Positions 33,083-44,256 of a stretch of 64,000 bases of DNA are shown one piece after another. A program made the position numbers and the translations under genes. How positions within the stretch are numbered: position 1 is the first letter of the stretch; each line of letters begins with the position of its first letter. A model generated the notes under the pieces. The model saw only the letters and a list, made by a program, of their open reading frames with translations. It was not told the origin of the DNA and did no database searches. Origin of the DNA: Gemmatimonadaceae bacterium (GTDB lineage: Bacteria; Gemmatimonadota; Gemmatimonadetes; Gemmatimonadales; Gemmatimonadaceae). The DNA is taken from NCBI GenBank assembly GCA_040901985.1, contig JBBDYC010000007.1, forward strand, positions 32,001 to 96,000, in the 5' to 3' direction.

Positions 33083-34057
33083 ATGCCACCTTCCGCATTG
33101 CGGTCCCGGCAGCTGCCGTCGGTCGTCCTGCTCCTCGCGGCGGTCGCCGTCGGCGCGTGCGCCGCGTCGCAACCGCAGGCCGATCGCGCGGCGTCGCGCG
33201 CCAGCCGCCTTCCGGTGCTCGATTCGGCGCGACTGCTGGCCGACGTCGCGCGCCTCTCGCACGACTCGATGGCCGGCCGCGCCGCGATGACGCCCGAGAA
33301 CGCCAAGGCGCGCGATTGGCTCGTCAGCGAGGTCCGCCGGTTGGGCCTCGACCCAGTGGGCGGGAACTACGTCCATCCCTTCGTCGCGGCGCGACGGAAC
33401 CGCCCCGATTCCGTCCACGGCGCCAACGTGGCGGCGCTCCTGCCGGGGAGCCGGACGCCCGAACGCCTGATCGTCGTCAGCGCGCACTACGACCACGTCG
33501 GCGTGCGGAACGGCCAGATCTTCAACGGCGCCGATGACAACGCCTCGGGCACCGCGGCGGTGCTGGCGCTCGCCGCCCACTTCGTGGCCCATCGTCCGGC
33601 GCACTCGATTCTTTTCGTCTTCTTTGACGCCGAGGAATTGGGATTGCTCGGCGCCCGGGCGTTCGTCGCCAACCCGCCCGTCTCCCTCGAGGCGATCGGC
33701 GCCAACGTGAACCTCGATATGGTCTCGCGCAGTGACTCGGGCGAACTCTACGCCGCCGGGGCCGCGCGCTACCCGCAACTCCGGCCGATCCTCGAGTCCC
33801 TCGTCCCCGACGCGCCGGTGAAGCTGCTGCTCGGCCACGACAGCGGGGCGGGGCGCGACGACTGGACCAACCTGTCCGACCAGGGCGCATTCCACGCCGT
33901 CGGGATCCCGTTCGTCCTCTTCAGCGTCGAGGACCACGCGGACTATCACCAGCCGACCGACGACGTCGAACGGATCAACGCGGCATTCTTTTACGGCGCG
34001 GTGCGGACGATTGCCGAATTCGTGACGCGGCTCGACGCGGCGCTGCCGCCGCGCTGA
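33083..34057 (+). CDS. M28 family peptidase, probable lipoprotein
   Basis: Lipobox VGAC; SAHYDH, GADDNASG, AEELGLLG, SDQ, DYH. Confidence 0.88.
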   Translation: MPPSALRSRQLPSVVLLLAAVAVGACAASQPQADRAASRASRLPVLDSARLLADVARLSHDSMAGRAAMTPENAKARDWLVSEVRRLGLDPVGGNYVHPFVAARRNRPDSVHGANVAALLPGSRTPERLIVVSAHYDHVGVRNGQIFNGADDNASGTAAVLALAAHFVAHRPAHSILFVFFDAEELGLLGARAFVANPPVSLEAIGANVNLDMVSRSDSGELYAAGAARYPQLRPILESLVPDAPVKLLLGHDSGAGRDDWTNLSDQGAFHAVGIPFVLFSVEDHADYHQPTDDVERINAAFFYGAVRTIAEFVTRLDAALPPR

Positions 34058-34063
34058 CGGCGC

Positions 34064-34585
34064 CTAGGGCCGCCCCGCGAGCAGCGCCGTGACGGCGTCG
34101 GTGGCGCGCGCCGTGCGCGACTCGCCCTCGCCGGAGATCTCGACCACCCGCGCGCCGATGGCGTCCAGCTCGGCGCGAAAGTCGGCGAACAGTTCCTCGC
34201 GTTGCACCGGACGGTTGCGCACCCCGTCCGGCGTCCACGGCAGGTCGGGACGGCAGAGGAGGTAGAGGTCGGCGCGCCGCGCCCGGGCCTCGGCCTCGAT
34301 CCACGCCGGCACGGCGCCGTAGTAGTGCCGGGCATAGACGATGGTGCTCACGAGGTCGGTGTCACGGATGAGGAGCGCCGGCCCCGTCGCCGCCACGTCA
34401 TCCTCGAGCGCCATCGAGAGCCGTGCAATCGGTTCGACCGTCGCCGCGCTGAGCGGCGCGGCGCCGGTCTCGGCAAGGCGGCGCGCCGCCTCCGGCGTCC
34501 ACGGCGCGCCGAAGCGTGCGGCGAGCGCCTCGCTCAGCGTCGTCTTGCCGGAACATTCGGGGCCCGTGAGGACGACGCGGATCAC
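34064..34585 (-). CDS. NadR-like ribosylnicotinamide kinase (AAA_28 P-loop domain only)
   Basis: VVLTGPECSGKTT, PEAAR, DTD, W.PDGVR; GTGA-coupled to pnuC. Confidence 0.85.
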   Translation of the reverse strand: MIRVVLTGPECSGKTTLSEALAARFGAPWTPEAARRLAETGAAPLSAATVEPIARLSMALEDDVAATGPALLIRDTDLVSTIVYARHYYGAVPAWIEAEARARRADLYLLCRPDLPWTPDGVRNRPVQREELFADFRAELDAIGARVVEISGEGESRTARATDAVTALLAGRP

Positions 34586-35211
34586 GCGCCCGCCGCGCCC
34601 GCCGCGTTGGCGGCTCCGTCCGCCCCGGCGGCCTGGCCGGCTTCGCCGGCCAGCCGCTCGCGCAGACTCCGCCGCCAGGACAAGTAGCCGAGCGTGGCCA
34701 GCACGAGGAAGGCGGCATAGAGGCCCGCCGTGAGCCGGAGCCCCTGCGTGACGTACATCCCGATATAGACGACGTCCACCGCGATCCAGACCAACCAGTT
34801 CTCGAGAAGCTTGCGCGTCATCATCCACTGGGCGACGAGACTCGTGGCGGTGGTGCCGGAGTCGAGCCACGGGGTGGCGGCATCCGTCCACCGGGCGAGC
34901 GAGAAGGTGAGGAGCGCCGCGATTCCGATCCCGATCGGGACGAGTCGGCGGGCCAGTGCGGCCGTCGTTCGCGTGACGACGACCCCGGTGTGATCCGCGC
35001 CGCCGTACTTCCACGCGTACCAGCCGTAGCAGGACAGGCCGAAATAGACGACCTGCAGCCCCATATTGGCGTAAATCTGCGCACGCCAGAAGATGACGAA
35101 GTAGAGCGCCGCGTTGACGAGCGCGGTCGGCCAGGCGGCGATGCGTTGGCGGGTGCTCAGCCAGACGGTCAGCGCCCCGGTGGCGACGGCGATCCCCTCG
35201 AGCGGGTCCAT
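34582..35211 (-). CDS. pnuC: PnuC-family nicotinamide riboside/vitamin transporter
   Basis: YGWYAW, PWLDS, AQWMMTRK, ENWLVWIAVD. Confidence 0.9.
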   Translation of the reverse strand: MDPLEGIAVATGALTVWLSTRQRIAAWPTALVNAALYFVIFWRAQIYANMGLQVVYFGLSCYGWYAWKYGGADHTGVVVTRTTAALARRLVPIGIGIAALLTFSLARWTDAATPWLDSGTTATSLVAQWMMTRKLLENWLVWIAVDVVYIGMYVTQGLRLTAGLYAAFLVLATLGYLSWRRSLRERLAGEAGQAAGADGAANAAGAAGA

Positions 35212-35287
35212 CGGGTGAGGGTAAGGGCGCGGCCGACGGTGGACAAGGGAATGGTGACGTCCGCATCTTCCGCGCATCCCAAACCCG

Positions 35288-36001
35288 GTGTGCTCCGTGG
35301 CCGTCTCGACCGTCCTGCTCGTGCTGAACCTTGCGTTGAACCCCGCGCCGAGCCCTGCGTCCGGCGCCGGCACCTGTGCCGCCGAGCCGGCCACGTCCGG
35401 CGTCGGCGCGCCTGCGGACTCGGCGCTCGTCGCGCTCTACGCCGGCGGCGAGACGTTCGAGCGCTTCTTGGCGCGGGCCGACGCGCGGCGCGCGATGTGG
35501 CGGCGGCACTGGGCGGAGGGTCGCGTCCCCGCCGATGCCCTGGCCACTGCGCGCGCGCTCGGCGGGCGCTGGCGGCTCCTCGTCATCGCCGTGGACGCCT
35601 GCAGCGATTCGGTGAACACGATCCCGTTCATCGCGCTCCTCGTCGCCGCCGTCCCCGGGCTCGAGATGCGGGTCATTGCCCCCGACGCCGCAGGCGCACT
35701 GCTGGAGTCGCGGCGGACGCCCGACGGACGCACGGCCACGCCGACGGTGATCTTCCTCGACGCCGACGGCCGGGACGCCGGATGTTGGATCGAGCGCCCG
35801 TCGGCGCTGCAGGCGCTCGCGCAGGAGGCGCGCGCCGCGGGGACGATCGAGCGATTCGCCCGCGGCAAGCAGGCCTGGTACGATGCCGACGCCGGCGCGT
35901 CAACGGTCCGCGAGATCGTCGAGCTTCTCGTCGCGGCCGCGTCAGGAGCTCCGCGCTGCGGGTCGCCCCCTGCCACCACCCCCGGCGCCCCGATAGATTA
36001 G
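35288..36001 (+). CDS. Secreted thioredoxin-fold protein with CxxS
   Basis: Hydrophobic N-terminus, AVDACSDS, TATPTVIFLD, WIERP; start uncertain. Confidence 0.75.
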   Translation: MCSVAVSTVLLVLNLALNPAPSPASGAGTCAAEPATSGVGAPADSALVALYAGGETFERFLARADARRAMWRRHWAEGRVPADALATARALGGRWRLLVIAVDACSDSVNTIPFIALLVAAVPGLEMRVIAPDAAGALLESRRTPDGRTATPTVIFLDADGRDAGCWIERPSALQALAQEARAAGTIERFARGKQAWYDADAGASTVREIVELLVAAASGAPRCGSPPATTPGAPID

Positions 36002-36025
36002 AGGGAGTCCACCCTCCACGGATCC

Positions 36026-36247
36026 ATGGCGAAAGAAGAAGCGATCGAACTTGAAGGAACGGTCAGCGAAGTGTTGCCGAGCGCCACGTTCCGCGTGCTG
36101 CTCTCCAACGGACACGACGTGCTGGCGACGATGGCCGGCAAGATGCGGCGCTTCCGCATCCGCGTCCTGCAGGGCGATCGCGTGACCGTCGAGGTGTCGC
36201 CGTACGACCTGAGCCGCGGTCGAATCACCTTCCGCCACAAGAACTGA
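36026..36247 (+). CDS. infA: Translation initiation factor IF-1
   Basis: [11 protein letters not shown]...GKMR...[17 protein letters not shown]. Confidence 0.97.
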   Translation: MAKEEAIELEGTVSEVLPSATFRVLLSNGHDVLATMAGKMRRFRIRVLQGDRVTVEVSPYDLSRGRITFRHKN

Positions 36248-36257
36248 ACGGGGCGCG

Positions 36258-36419
36258 TCAGTGCGACGCGCTCGACGCGGGCGCCTTGTCCGGCTTGAGG
36301 TACGTGGCCTTGTGGATCGAGAACGCCGTGAGGTTGGCGACGATCGCGAGGCCGATGATCGCGGCCGCGAATCCCCAGCCCAGTTTGCTTGGATCTTTCT
36401 CTTCGCCGCTGCCAGACAT
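36258..36419 (-). CDS. Small single-TM protein (53 aa, absent from ORF track)
   Basis: Hand translation MSGSGEEKDPSKLGWGFAAAIIGLAIVANLTAFSIHKATYLKPDKAPASSASH; GC3-rich codons; GGGAG upstream. Confidence 0.65.
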   Translation of the reverse strand: MSGSGEEKDPSKLGWGFAAAIIGLAIVANLTAFSIHKATYLKPDKAPASSASH

Positions 36420-36554
36420 GCGTCGGGACTCCCGTCAGGTCGGTGGGTCTTGGTCAACGGCGGAATGGTAACCGCGGCTGGCGCCCCGGCGCCACTGGTG
36501 ATGCCCGGCCGACCCGCATTGATTCCCGTGATGGTCGACTCCAGCGGCACGCCG

Positions 36555-36971
36555 TCAGCGGTCCTTGAGACGGTCGAGCGCTCTCCGGTCGCGCTTGGTG
36601 GGACGGCCCTTGGCCGGGTCCATTGCCGGCGCGGCGCGTGTGAGCTGCCAGTGCAGCTTCTCCCGCGAGTCGCGCGAGGCCGCCGTCTCCTCGAACAGCA
36701 GGGCGGCCTCGGCCGCCGGCCCGCGTCGCTCCGCCGTCCCCAGCACCTCGACGACGTGCTCGTAGGGACCGATGCGCACCCGGACCTCGCTCCCCGGACG
36801 GACGCTTTTCGCGGGCTTCGCGCGCTCGCCGTCCACCTGCACCTTGCCGCCCTCCACCGCCTCAGCGGCGAGCGAGCGCGTCTTGAAGAAGCGCGCCGCC
36901 CAGAGCCACTTGTCCACGCGGACCGGAGTGGACGCGGGCGGGCGTGGCGGAACGTTCCCGGCGCGGGCCAT
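36555..36971 (-). CDS. hslR: Ribosome-associated heat shock protein Hsp15 (S4 domain)
   Basis: VRVDKWLWAARFFKTRS, GRPTKRDRR. Confidence 0.93.
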   Translation of the reverse strand: MARAGNVPPRPPASTPVRVDKWLWAARFFKTRSLAAEAVEGGKVQVDGERAKPAKSVRPGSEVRVRIGPYEHVVEVLGTAERRGPAAEAALLFEETAASRDSREKLHWQLTRAAPAMDPAKGRPTKRDRRALDRLKDR

Positions 36972-36983
36972 GGCCCGGAAGTT

Positions 36984-37511
36984 ATGCGCGCGGCAGCCGT
37001 CTGTCTCGCGCTCGCCCTTCTTCACCTTGGCGGTTGCGAAGGCGGGGACGCGAAGGCGGCGCGGGAACAACAGGCCGCGCGCGCGGCGATGGAGCAGGCC
37101 GCCGCCACCGCCACCCGTGCGGCGGCCACGCCCAGCACTGGCCTCTGGACCGAGGAGCATCTCGTCGAACGGCTCGTCCGCGCCGGCGTCGCGCCACGCC
37201 GAGTGGCCGAGGCGGCGCCGGGCCCTGAATGGATGCAGGTCCCGCGGCTCCTCTTCCTCGCCGGCGGTGGGGAAGTGCACGCCTGGATCTACCCCGACAG
37301 CGTGGCCCGCCGCGCGGTGACTGACCGACTCGAGCCACTGACCGGCGCGCCACGCGGCGAGATCTCGCCCTATGCCCCGCCGTTCCTCCTCGTCAGCCAG
37401 AACAACCTTGCCGCGATCATCGTCCGGGGACGAGTGTCCAACCACGACCGGATCGCGCTCGCCTTGCAGGCCGGGCTGCCGGTGACGACTGCCCCCCCGG
37501 CCCCGAACTGA
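36984..37511 (+). CDS. Hypothetical lipoprotein
   Basis: MRAAAVCLALALLHLGG-C lipobox-like signal. Confidence 0.65.
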   Translation: MRAAAVCLALALLHLGGCEGGDAKAAREQQAARAAMEQAAATATRAAATPSTGLWTEEHLVERLVRAGVAPRRVAEAAPGPEWMQVPRLLFLAGGGEVHAWIYPDSVARRAVTDRLEPLTGAPRGEISPYAPPFLLVSQNNLAAIIVRGRVSNHDRIALALQAGLPVTTAPPAPN

Positions 37512-37518
37512 GGTTTCC

Positions 37519-38313
37519 GTGCGACGCCGTCCGTCCACCCGATTGTCATCGGTCCTGCTCACGGTGTTCGCGATCCTCGCTGCGGGGCCGGCAGTCGGGC
37601 CGGCCGTGGGTGCACAGTCGCTTCCAACCCCCGCCGCGCTGGTCGCCCGCCACGACTCGATCGTTGGCGGCCGGGCGGTCCTCGCCGCGCACCAGTCCAT
37701 GCGACTGATCGGGTCGTTTACGCTCGCGGCGGCGGGCATCGAGGCGCCACTCGAGATCCTCAAGGTCCGGCCGAACAAGTACATCTTCCGTTCCTCGTTC
37801 GGATCAATGGGCGAGGTGATGCAGGGATTCGACGGCACGACGGCGTGGGCGATCCAGCCGGGCGTGGGTCCGGTCCTCCTCACCGGGGCGCAGGCGGAGC
37901 AGATCGCCGAGCAGGCCGACTTCTTCGGCGACCTGCACGACCTCTCACGGTTCAGCTCGGCGGAGACCGTCGGCGAGGAGACCTTCGAGGGGCGCCGGAC
38001 CTACAAGGTGCGGATGGTCCGCCCCAACGGCGACATCGTCCACGAGTTCTTCGATGCCGCGACGGGGCTCAGCGCCGGCGGGTCGGCGACGGTCCCCGGA
38101 CCGACGGGCCTGATCGAGCACGTCTCGGTGTTCAGCGACTACAAGGTGTTCGACGGCCTCGGGATGGCCACGCGCGTGGTGCAGCGGCAGCCGCAGTTCG
38201 AGGTCGTGCTCTCGATCGTGGCCGTGGAATTCGATTCAGTGGATGAGCGAGCCGTTGCGCTTCCCGAGGCCGTGCGGGCGCTGCTGCCCGCTCCCGATGG
38301 GCGCCGGCCCTGA
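37519..38313 (+). CDS. Secreted protein, LolA-like/lipoprotein-sorting fold candidate
   Basis: Signal peptide ending VGA-Q; GFDGTTAW, FDAATGL, SDYKVFDG. Confidence 0.7.
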   Translation: MRRRPSTRLSSVLLTVFAILAAGPAVGPAVGAQSLPTPAALVARHDSIVGGRAVLAAHQSMRLIGSFTLAAAGIEAPLEILKVRPNKYIFRSSFGSMGEVMQGFDGTTAWAIQPGVGPVLLTGAQAEQIAEQADFFGDLHDLSRFSSAETVGEETFEGRRTYKVRMVRPNGDIVHEFFDAATGLSAGGSATVPGPTGLIEHVSVFSDYKVFDGLGMATRVVQRQPQFEVVLSIVAVEFDSVDERAVALPEAVRALLPAPDGRRP

Positions 38314-38342
38314 CCTCGCCCGGGTCGGCGCGGTAGCGCCGG

Positions 38343-38801
38343 TCAGTCGTCGCTGCCGCCGGGGCGGCGGCGGTCCCGCTTGGTCGAGGACCGCCGTTTT
38401 TTCGTCTCGAGTCGTCGCTCCTTGGATGCGCGCGTCGGCTTGGTGGCGCGGCGCACGCGCGGGACGACGAGGGCATCGCGGACGAGGCGCGCCAAGCGCT
38501 CGAAGGCCAGCGCACGATTCTGGGCCTGGCTCCGCGTATCGGCCGCGGTGACGCGAATGACCCCCCGGGAATCGAGGCGCGTGGCGAGCTTCTCCTCGAT
38601 CCGGGCGCGGTCGGCCAGCGAGGGTGCCGTCGAGTGGCGCGCGTCCCACGCCACCTCGACGCGCGTGGACGAGGTGTTCACGTGCTGTCCGCCGGGGCCG
38701 CCGGCCCGACTCGCCTTGACCGTCAGCTCGCCGGGTGGGATTGAGAGGCGCGTGTTGACCACCAGGTGACCCGCCTCGTCCCAGATCTCGCGCGGCGTCA
38801 C
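38343..38801 (-). CDS. arfB: Alternative ribosome rescue factor B (peptidyl-tRNA hydrolase)
   Basis: SRAGGPGGQHVN, RSQAQNR, basic tail RRATKPTRAS; start uncertain. Confidence 0.92.
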   Translation of the reverse strand: MTPREIWDEAGHLVVNTRLSIPPGELTVKASRAGGPGGQHVNTSSTRVEVAWDARHSTAPSLADRARIEEKLATRLDSRGVIRVTAADTRSQAQNRALAFERLARLVRDALVVPRVRRATKPTRASKERRLETKKRRSSTKRDRRRPGGSDD

Positions 38802-38919
38802 ATCCAGACCGGTCTGTTGCAGTTCGCCACGATGTTCGTCACCTTGGGGTTGTTGCGAATTGCAAGACTCACGAGGACTCTTGGCCAAGCCGCGGGGCGA
38901 ATCGAACGAGCGGTACCGC

Positions 38920-40556
38920 GTGGTGCTGAAGCCGCGCCGACTGCTGGTATGGATATATGTCGCGCGTCTCGTGGTGGCGAGCGCGAACTTCGGCTGGGCG
39001 CTGATCTTCGCGCTCTTCGTGGACCCGGTCTACACGTTCATCGCCGCCGCGACCTTCGTGAGTTCGATGGCGCTCACCGCGCTTTCGTTCGTCCGCACGG
39101 AGGTCAATCGCGTCCGTCCCGGCCCGGGGTTCCTCTACGTGCAGTTCGTGCACGACCTCGTGTTGATCACGTCGGTGGTGCATCTGACGGGCGGCGGCGA
39201 TTCGCAGTTCGCGGCGCTCTACATCCTGGTCAACGCGGCGGCGGCGCTGCTGCTGCCGATCGGCAGCTCGCTCCTGCTCGCGATGCTCGGCAGCGCGCTC
39301 TACGTCGGCGACGCCTTCCTCGTCAGCGGCGGCGACATCACGATCGCCCTCGTCCTCCAGCTCGTCGTCTTCACCGTGGTCGCCGTCGGGACGGGGTACA
39401 TCGCCGCGCGGCTGCAGGAGGCGGGGGAGGGCCGGGAGCGCCTGCAAGCCGAACTCGCGAGCATGCGGCACCGCGCGGCCGACATCCTCGCCAACATCCA
39501 GTCGGGCATCATCACGGTGGATGACCTCGGGAACCTGCTCTACGCCAACCCAAGCGCCTCGGCCCTGCTCGAGGTGCCGCTGGAGCCGTTGATCGGCACG
39601 CCGGTGCTCGACCGCATCCGGGAGATCGCCCCGCCGGTGGCCGACGCAGTGCGCCAACACATCAGCGAGCACCGCCTCAACGTCCGCTCCGAGGGCGCAA
39701 TCGTCCGTGACGGGCGGACCATCCCGCTCGGGATCACCACCACCGCCGTGAGCGGCGACCTCCGGCAGGTCGGTGGGGCGACGACGGTCATCTTCCAGGA
39801 CATCTCGGACGAGAAGCGCGTCGAGGCCCTGCGGCTGCGTGCCCAGCGGCTGGAGGCGGTCGCCGAGCTGAGCGCGTCGCTTGCCCACGAGATCAAGAAT
39901 CCGCTGGCCAGCATCCGTAGCGCGATCGAGCAGCTCTCCCAGCGCACCGTGGCGAGCGACGACGAGCGAACATTGGGCGACCTGATCGTCCGCGAGTCGG
40001 ATCGGCTCTCCCGACTGCTCTCCGAGTTCCTCGACTTCGCGCGCGTCCAGGCGGCGCGCCGCGAGGTGGTGGACCTCCGCGACGTGGTGCAGAGTGCCAC
40101 CGCGCTTGCCGCGACGCATCCGGACCGCGGCGCCGATGTCGAGCTCGCGGTGAACCTCCCGGACGTTCCGGCGAGCGTCGAGGGAGACGAGGACCTGTTG
40201 CACCGCGCGGTCTTCAACCTCGTGCTCAATGCGTTCCAGGCGTCGGGGGAACGCGCCGTGGTGTCCGTCTCGCTCCGCCGGCTGTCGCAGGCGGAGCAGC
40301 CGTCCGGGCTCCCGTTCGTCGGCGACACGCTGGCGCTCGAGATCCGCGACGAGGGTGGCGGGATTCCCCCGGAGATCCAGAACCGCCTCTTCGAGCCCTT
40401 CGCGACGACGAAGCCGGGCGGCAGCGGCCTCGGGCTGGCCGTCGTCCATCGCGCGATCGAGGCGCACCGAGGCGTGATCCTCGTGGACAGCGACCGCATC
40501 GGCACGCGCTTCACCGTCCTCCTTCCCGTGGCGGTAGCCGCCGCCGGAGTCCTGCC

Positions 40557-40560
<4 letters not shown>
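38920..40560 (+). CDS. pilS: PilS-like sensor histidine kinase (TM-PAS-HisKA-HATPase)
   Basis: Multi-TM N-terminus with TGG..S.F, AHEIKNPL, DEGGG, GSGLGL; next to pilR and pilA. Confidence 0.82.
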
Positions 40561-41929
<1,369 letters not shown>

Positions 41930-41933
<4 letters not shown>

Positions 41934-43507
41934 ACGCTTCGGCCATCACGACCGGGCAGGACCCCCTCGCCGGCGCGCGCGCGGCGGTCGTCGCGGCGGT
42001 CGTGACGCTCGTGGTGGGCGTGGCGACGATGACGCCCGACCTGATCGGCGTCTTCTTCGACGACGCCATCTATGTGCTGGTCGGCAAGGCGATCGCCGAA
42101 GGGCAGGGCTACGTGTACCCACAGCTCCCCGGGACACCGCCGGCGATCCACTACCCGCCGGTCTGGCCGGGCGTGATTGCGCTGGTCTGGCGCCTCGGAC
42201 CGGAGTTCCCCGGGAACATCGTCCTGCTCAAACTGCTCAACCCGGTCTTCCTGGCGCTGGCGGCGGCGGGCGGCGTGGTCGTGGCACGGCGTCACTTTGC
42301 GCTGCCATCGTGGGCCGCGGTGCTCGCCGTCGTCGCGGCCACGGCGAGCGTGCCGATGCACGTGCTGACCAACGTCCTGCTCTCGGAGCCCCTCTTTCTC
42401 GCGCTCCTCTTCCCGACGATCCTCGTCACCGAACGCCTCCGCGCCGACGGCGGCACGCGGTGGGCGCTCGCCGCGGCGGCCCTCGCGGCGGTGCTGGTCC
42501 TCACGCGGACCTTGGGCGGTGTGGTCGTCGTCGCCACGCTGATGGTGCTGGCCGCCGACCGGCGGTGGCGCGAGGGCGCCGTCTATCTCGGAGTGGTCGC
42601 GCTCCTCTTGCTGCCCTGGCAGTACTTCGTCTGGAAACACTCGGCGGGATTTCCCGACGAACTCCGTGGATCGTACGGGCCATACCTCCAGTGGGTGACC
42701 GACGGCTACCGGGAGGGCGGGTTTGCCCTGCTCCGGGACGTCGTGATGAAGAACGTGGCGGACGCCTGGCGATTCGTCGGCGCCTTTCTCACGCCGCGGG
42801 TGACCGGGGTGGCGCGTCAGGCGGTGACGCTGGTGGCGATCGGCTTCTTTGTGGCCGGCGTCTGGCGCGGCTGGGGGCGGCCGGCAACGCGGATCCTCAC
42901 GCTGGCCTTCGTCGGCTACATCGGCGTGACCCTCGCGTGGCCCTTTCAGGTGGACCGCTTCCTCTGGGCGGTCTGGCCGCTGTTCCTGCTCGTCGCGCTG
43001 GACGGCGTGCGCGGCAGCGTGCGTGCACTGCGCTCGGCGGCTCGGCCGCGCGCCGCCTGGGCCGTCGTCGCGGCGGGGGCCCTGCTCGTCATCGGCCACA
43101 CCGCCTACAATGTCCGCGGCTTTGCGCGGGGCTGGGCGAGCAGCGCGTCGCGGCAGATGTCCGAGCGGTCGGCCCGCGCCGTGCAGTACGCGAATGCCGA
43201 CCCGCGACTCGTCGGCAAGGTCATCGGCACCGAGGCGGCGCCGATGGTCGCGCTCTACACCGGACTGCAGGTGATCCCGGTCGAGATGCTCATCGTCCGC
43301 GACCATCTGGAGAAGAAGTCCGACCAGCGCAGCGCCGAGATCATCGCCGCGCTCGACCGGCGCTTCGCGCCAGACGCCTATGTCTTCAGCCCCAATGGCC
43401 CACACCTGCGGGCGTTCCTGGCCGCCCCATTCGACTCCACCCGCCGATTCGTGGAGATCACACCGCCCGGATCAGACGTTCGCTCCTTTCACGCCGTTCC
43501 CCGATGA
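41930..43507 (+). CDS. Polytopic GT-C-type glycosyltransferase (ArnT/PMT-like)
   Basis: FDDAIY after TM1, HYPP, LSEPLF, TRTLG, RFLW..WP; GTGA-coupled to pilR. Confidence 0.72.
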
Positions 43508-44256
43508 CCCATCCAACACCCCCGTCCGTGGCGCGCGTGCGCGGCCGCTCCCCGCTCCCCGCCGAGGAGCTGGTTCTCTCCGTGCTGATCCCCGTCTACA
43601 ACGAGCGACACACCGTCGAGCGGATCCTCGACGAGGTCCACCGCGTGCCGATCCGCAAGCAGGTCATCTGCGTGGACGACTGCTCGACCGACGGGACGCG
43701 CGAGGAGCTCCGGCGACTGCACGCTGCGGGCCGGATTGACGTGCTGCAACTCCACGAGGTGAACCGGGGCAAGGGCGCGGCGATCCGCACGGCGCTCGCC
43801 GCCAGCACCGGGAACGTCGTCCTCGTGCAGGACGCCGACCTCGAGTACGATCCGGCCGACTGGCCGGTGCTCCTCCAGCCGATCATTGACGGGCGCGCCG
43901 ACGCCGTCTTCGGGTCGCGCTTCCTCGGCGGGCCGCACCGGGTCCTCTATTTCTGGCACTCGGTCGGGAACTCGGTGCTGACGACGTTCAGCAATATGCT
44001 GACGAATCTCAACCTCACCGATATGGAGACCTGCTACAAGGCGATCCGCGGCGACCTGGCGCGGTCGCTCCGCCTCACCTCGGACCGGTTCGGCTTTGAG
44101 CCCGAGGTGACAGCGCGGCTGGCGCGCGCCAACGCCCGCATCTATGAAGTGCCGATCTCCTACTCCGGCCGCACGTACGCGGAGGGCAAGAAGATCGGCT
44201 GGCGCGACGGCGTCGCCGCGCTCTGGCACATCCTGCGGTACAACCTCGCGCGATGA
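43504..44256 (+). CDS. GT2 glycosyltransferase, polyprenol-phosphate-mannose synthase (DPM1)-like
   Basis: [55 protein letters not shown]. Confidence 0.9.
   Translation: MTHPTPPSVARVRGRSPLPAEELVLSVLIPVYNERHTVERILDEVHRVPIRKQVICVDDCSTDGTREELRRLHAAGRIDVLQLHEVNRGKGAAIRTALAASTGNVVLVQDADLEYDPADWPVLLQPIIDGRADAVFGSRFLGGPHRVLYFWHSVGNSVLTTFSNMLTNLNLTDMETCYKAIRGDLARSLRLTSDRFGFEPEVTARLARANARIYEVPISYSGRTYAEGKKIGWRDGVAALWHILRYNLAR

Noticed and set aside
35212..35290. Riboswitch upstream of pnuC
   Set aside because: Short divergent gap, -10 box 6 nt from the ATG, no recognisable aptamer
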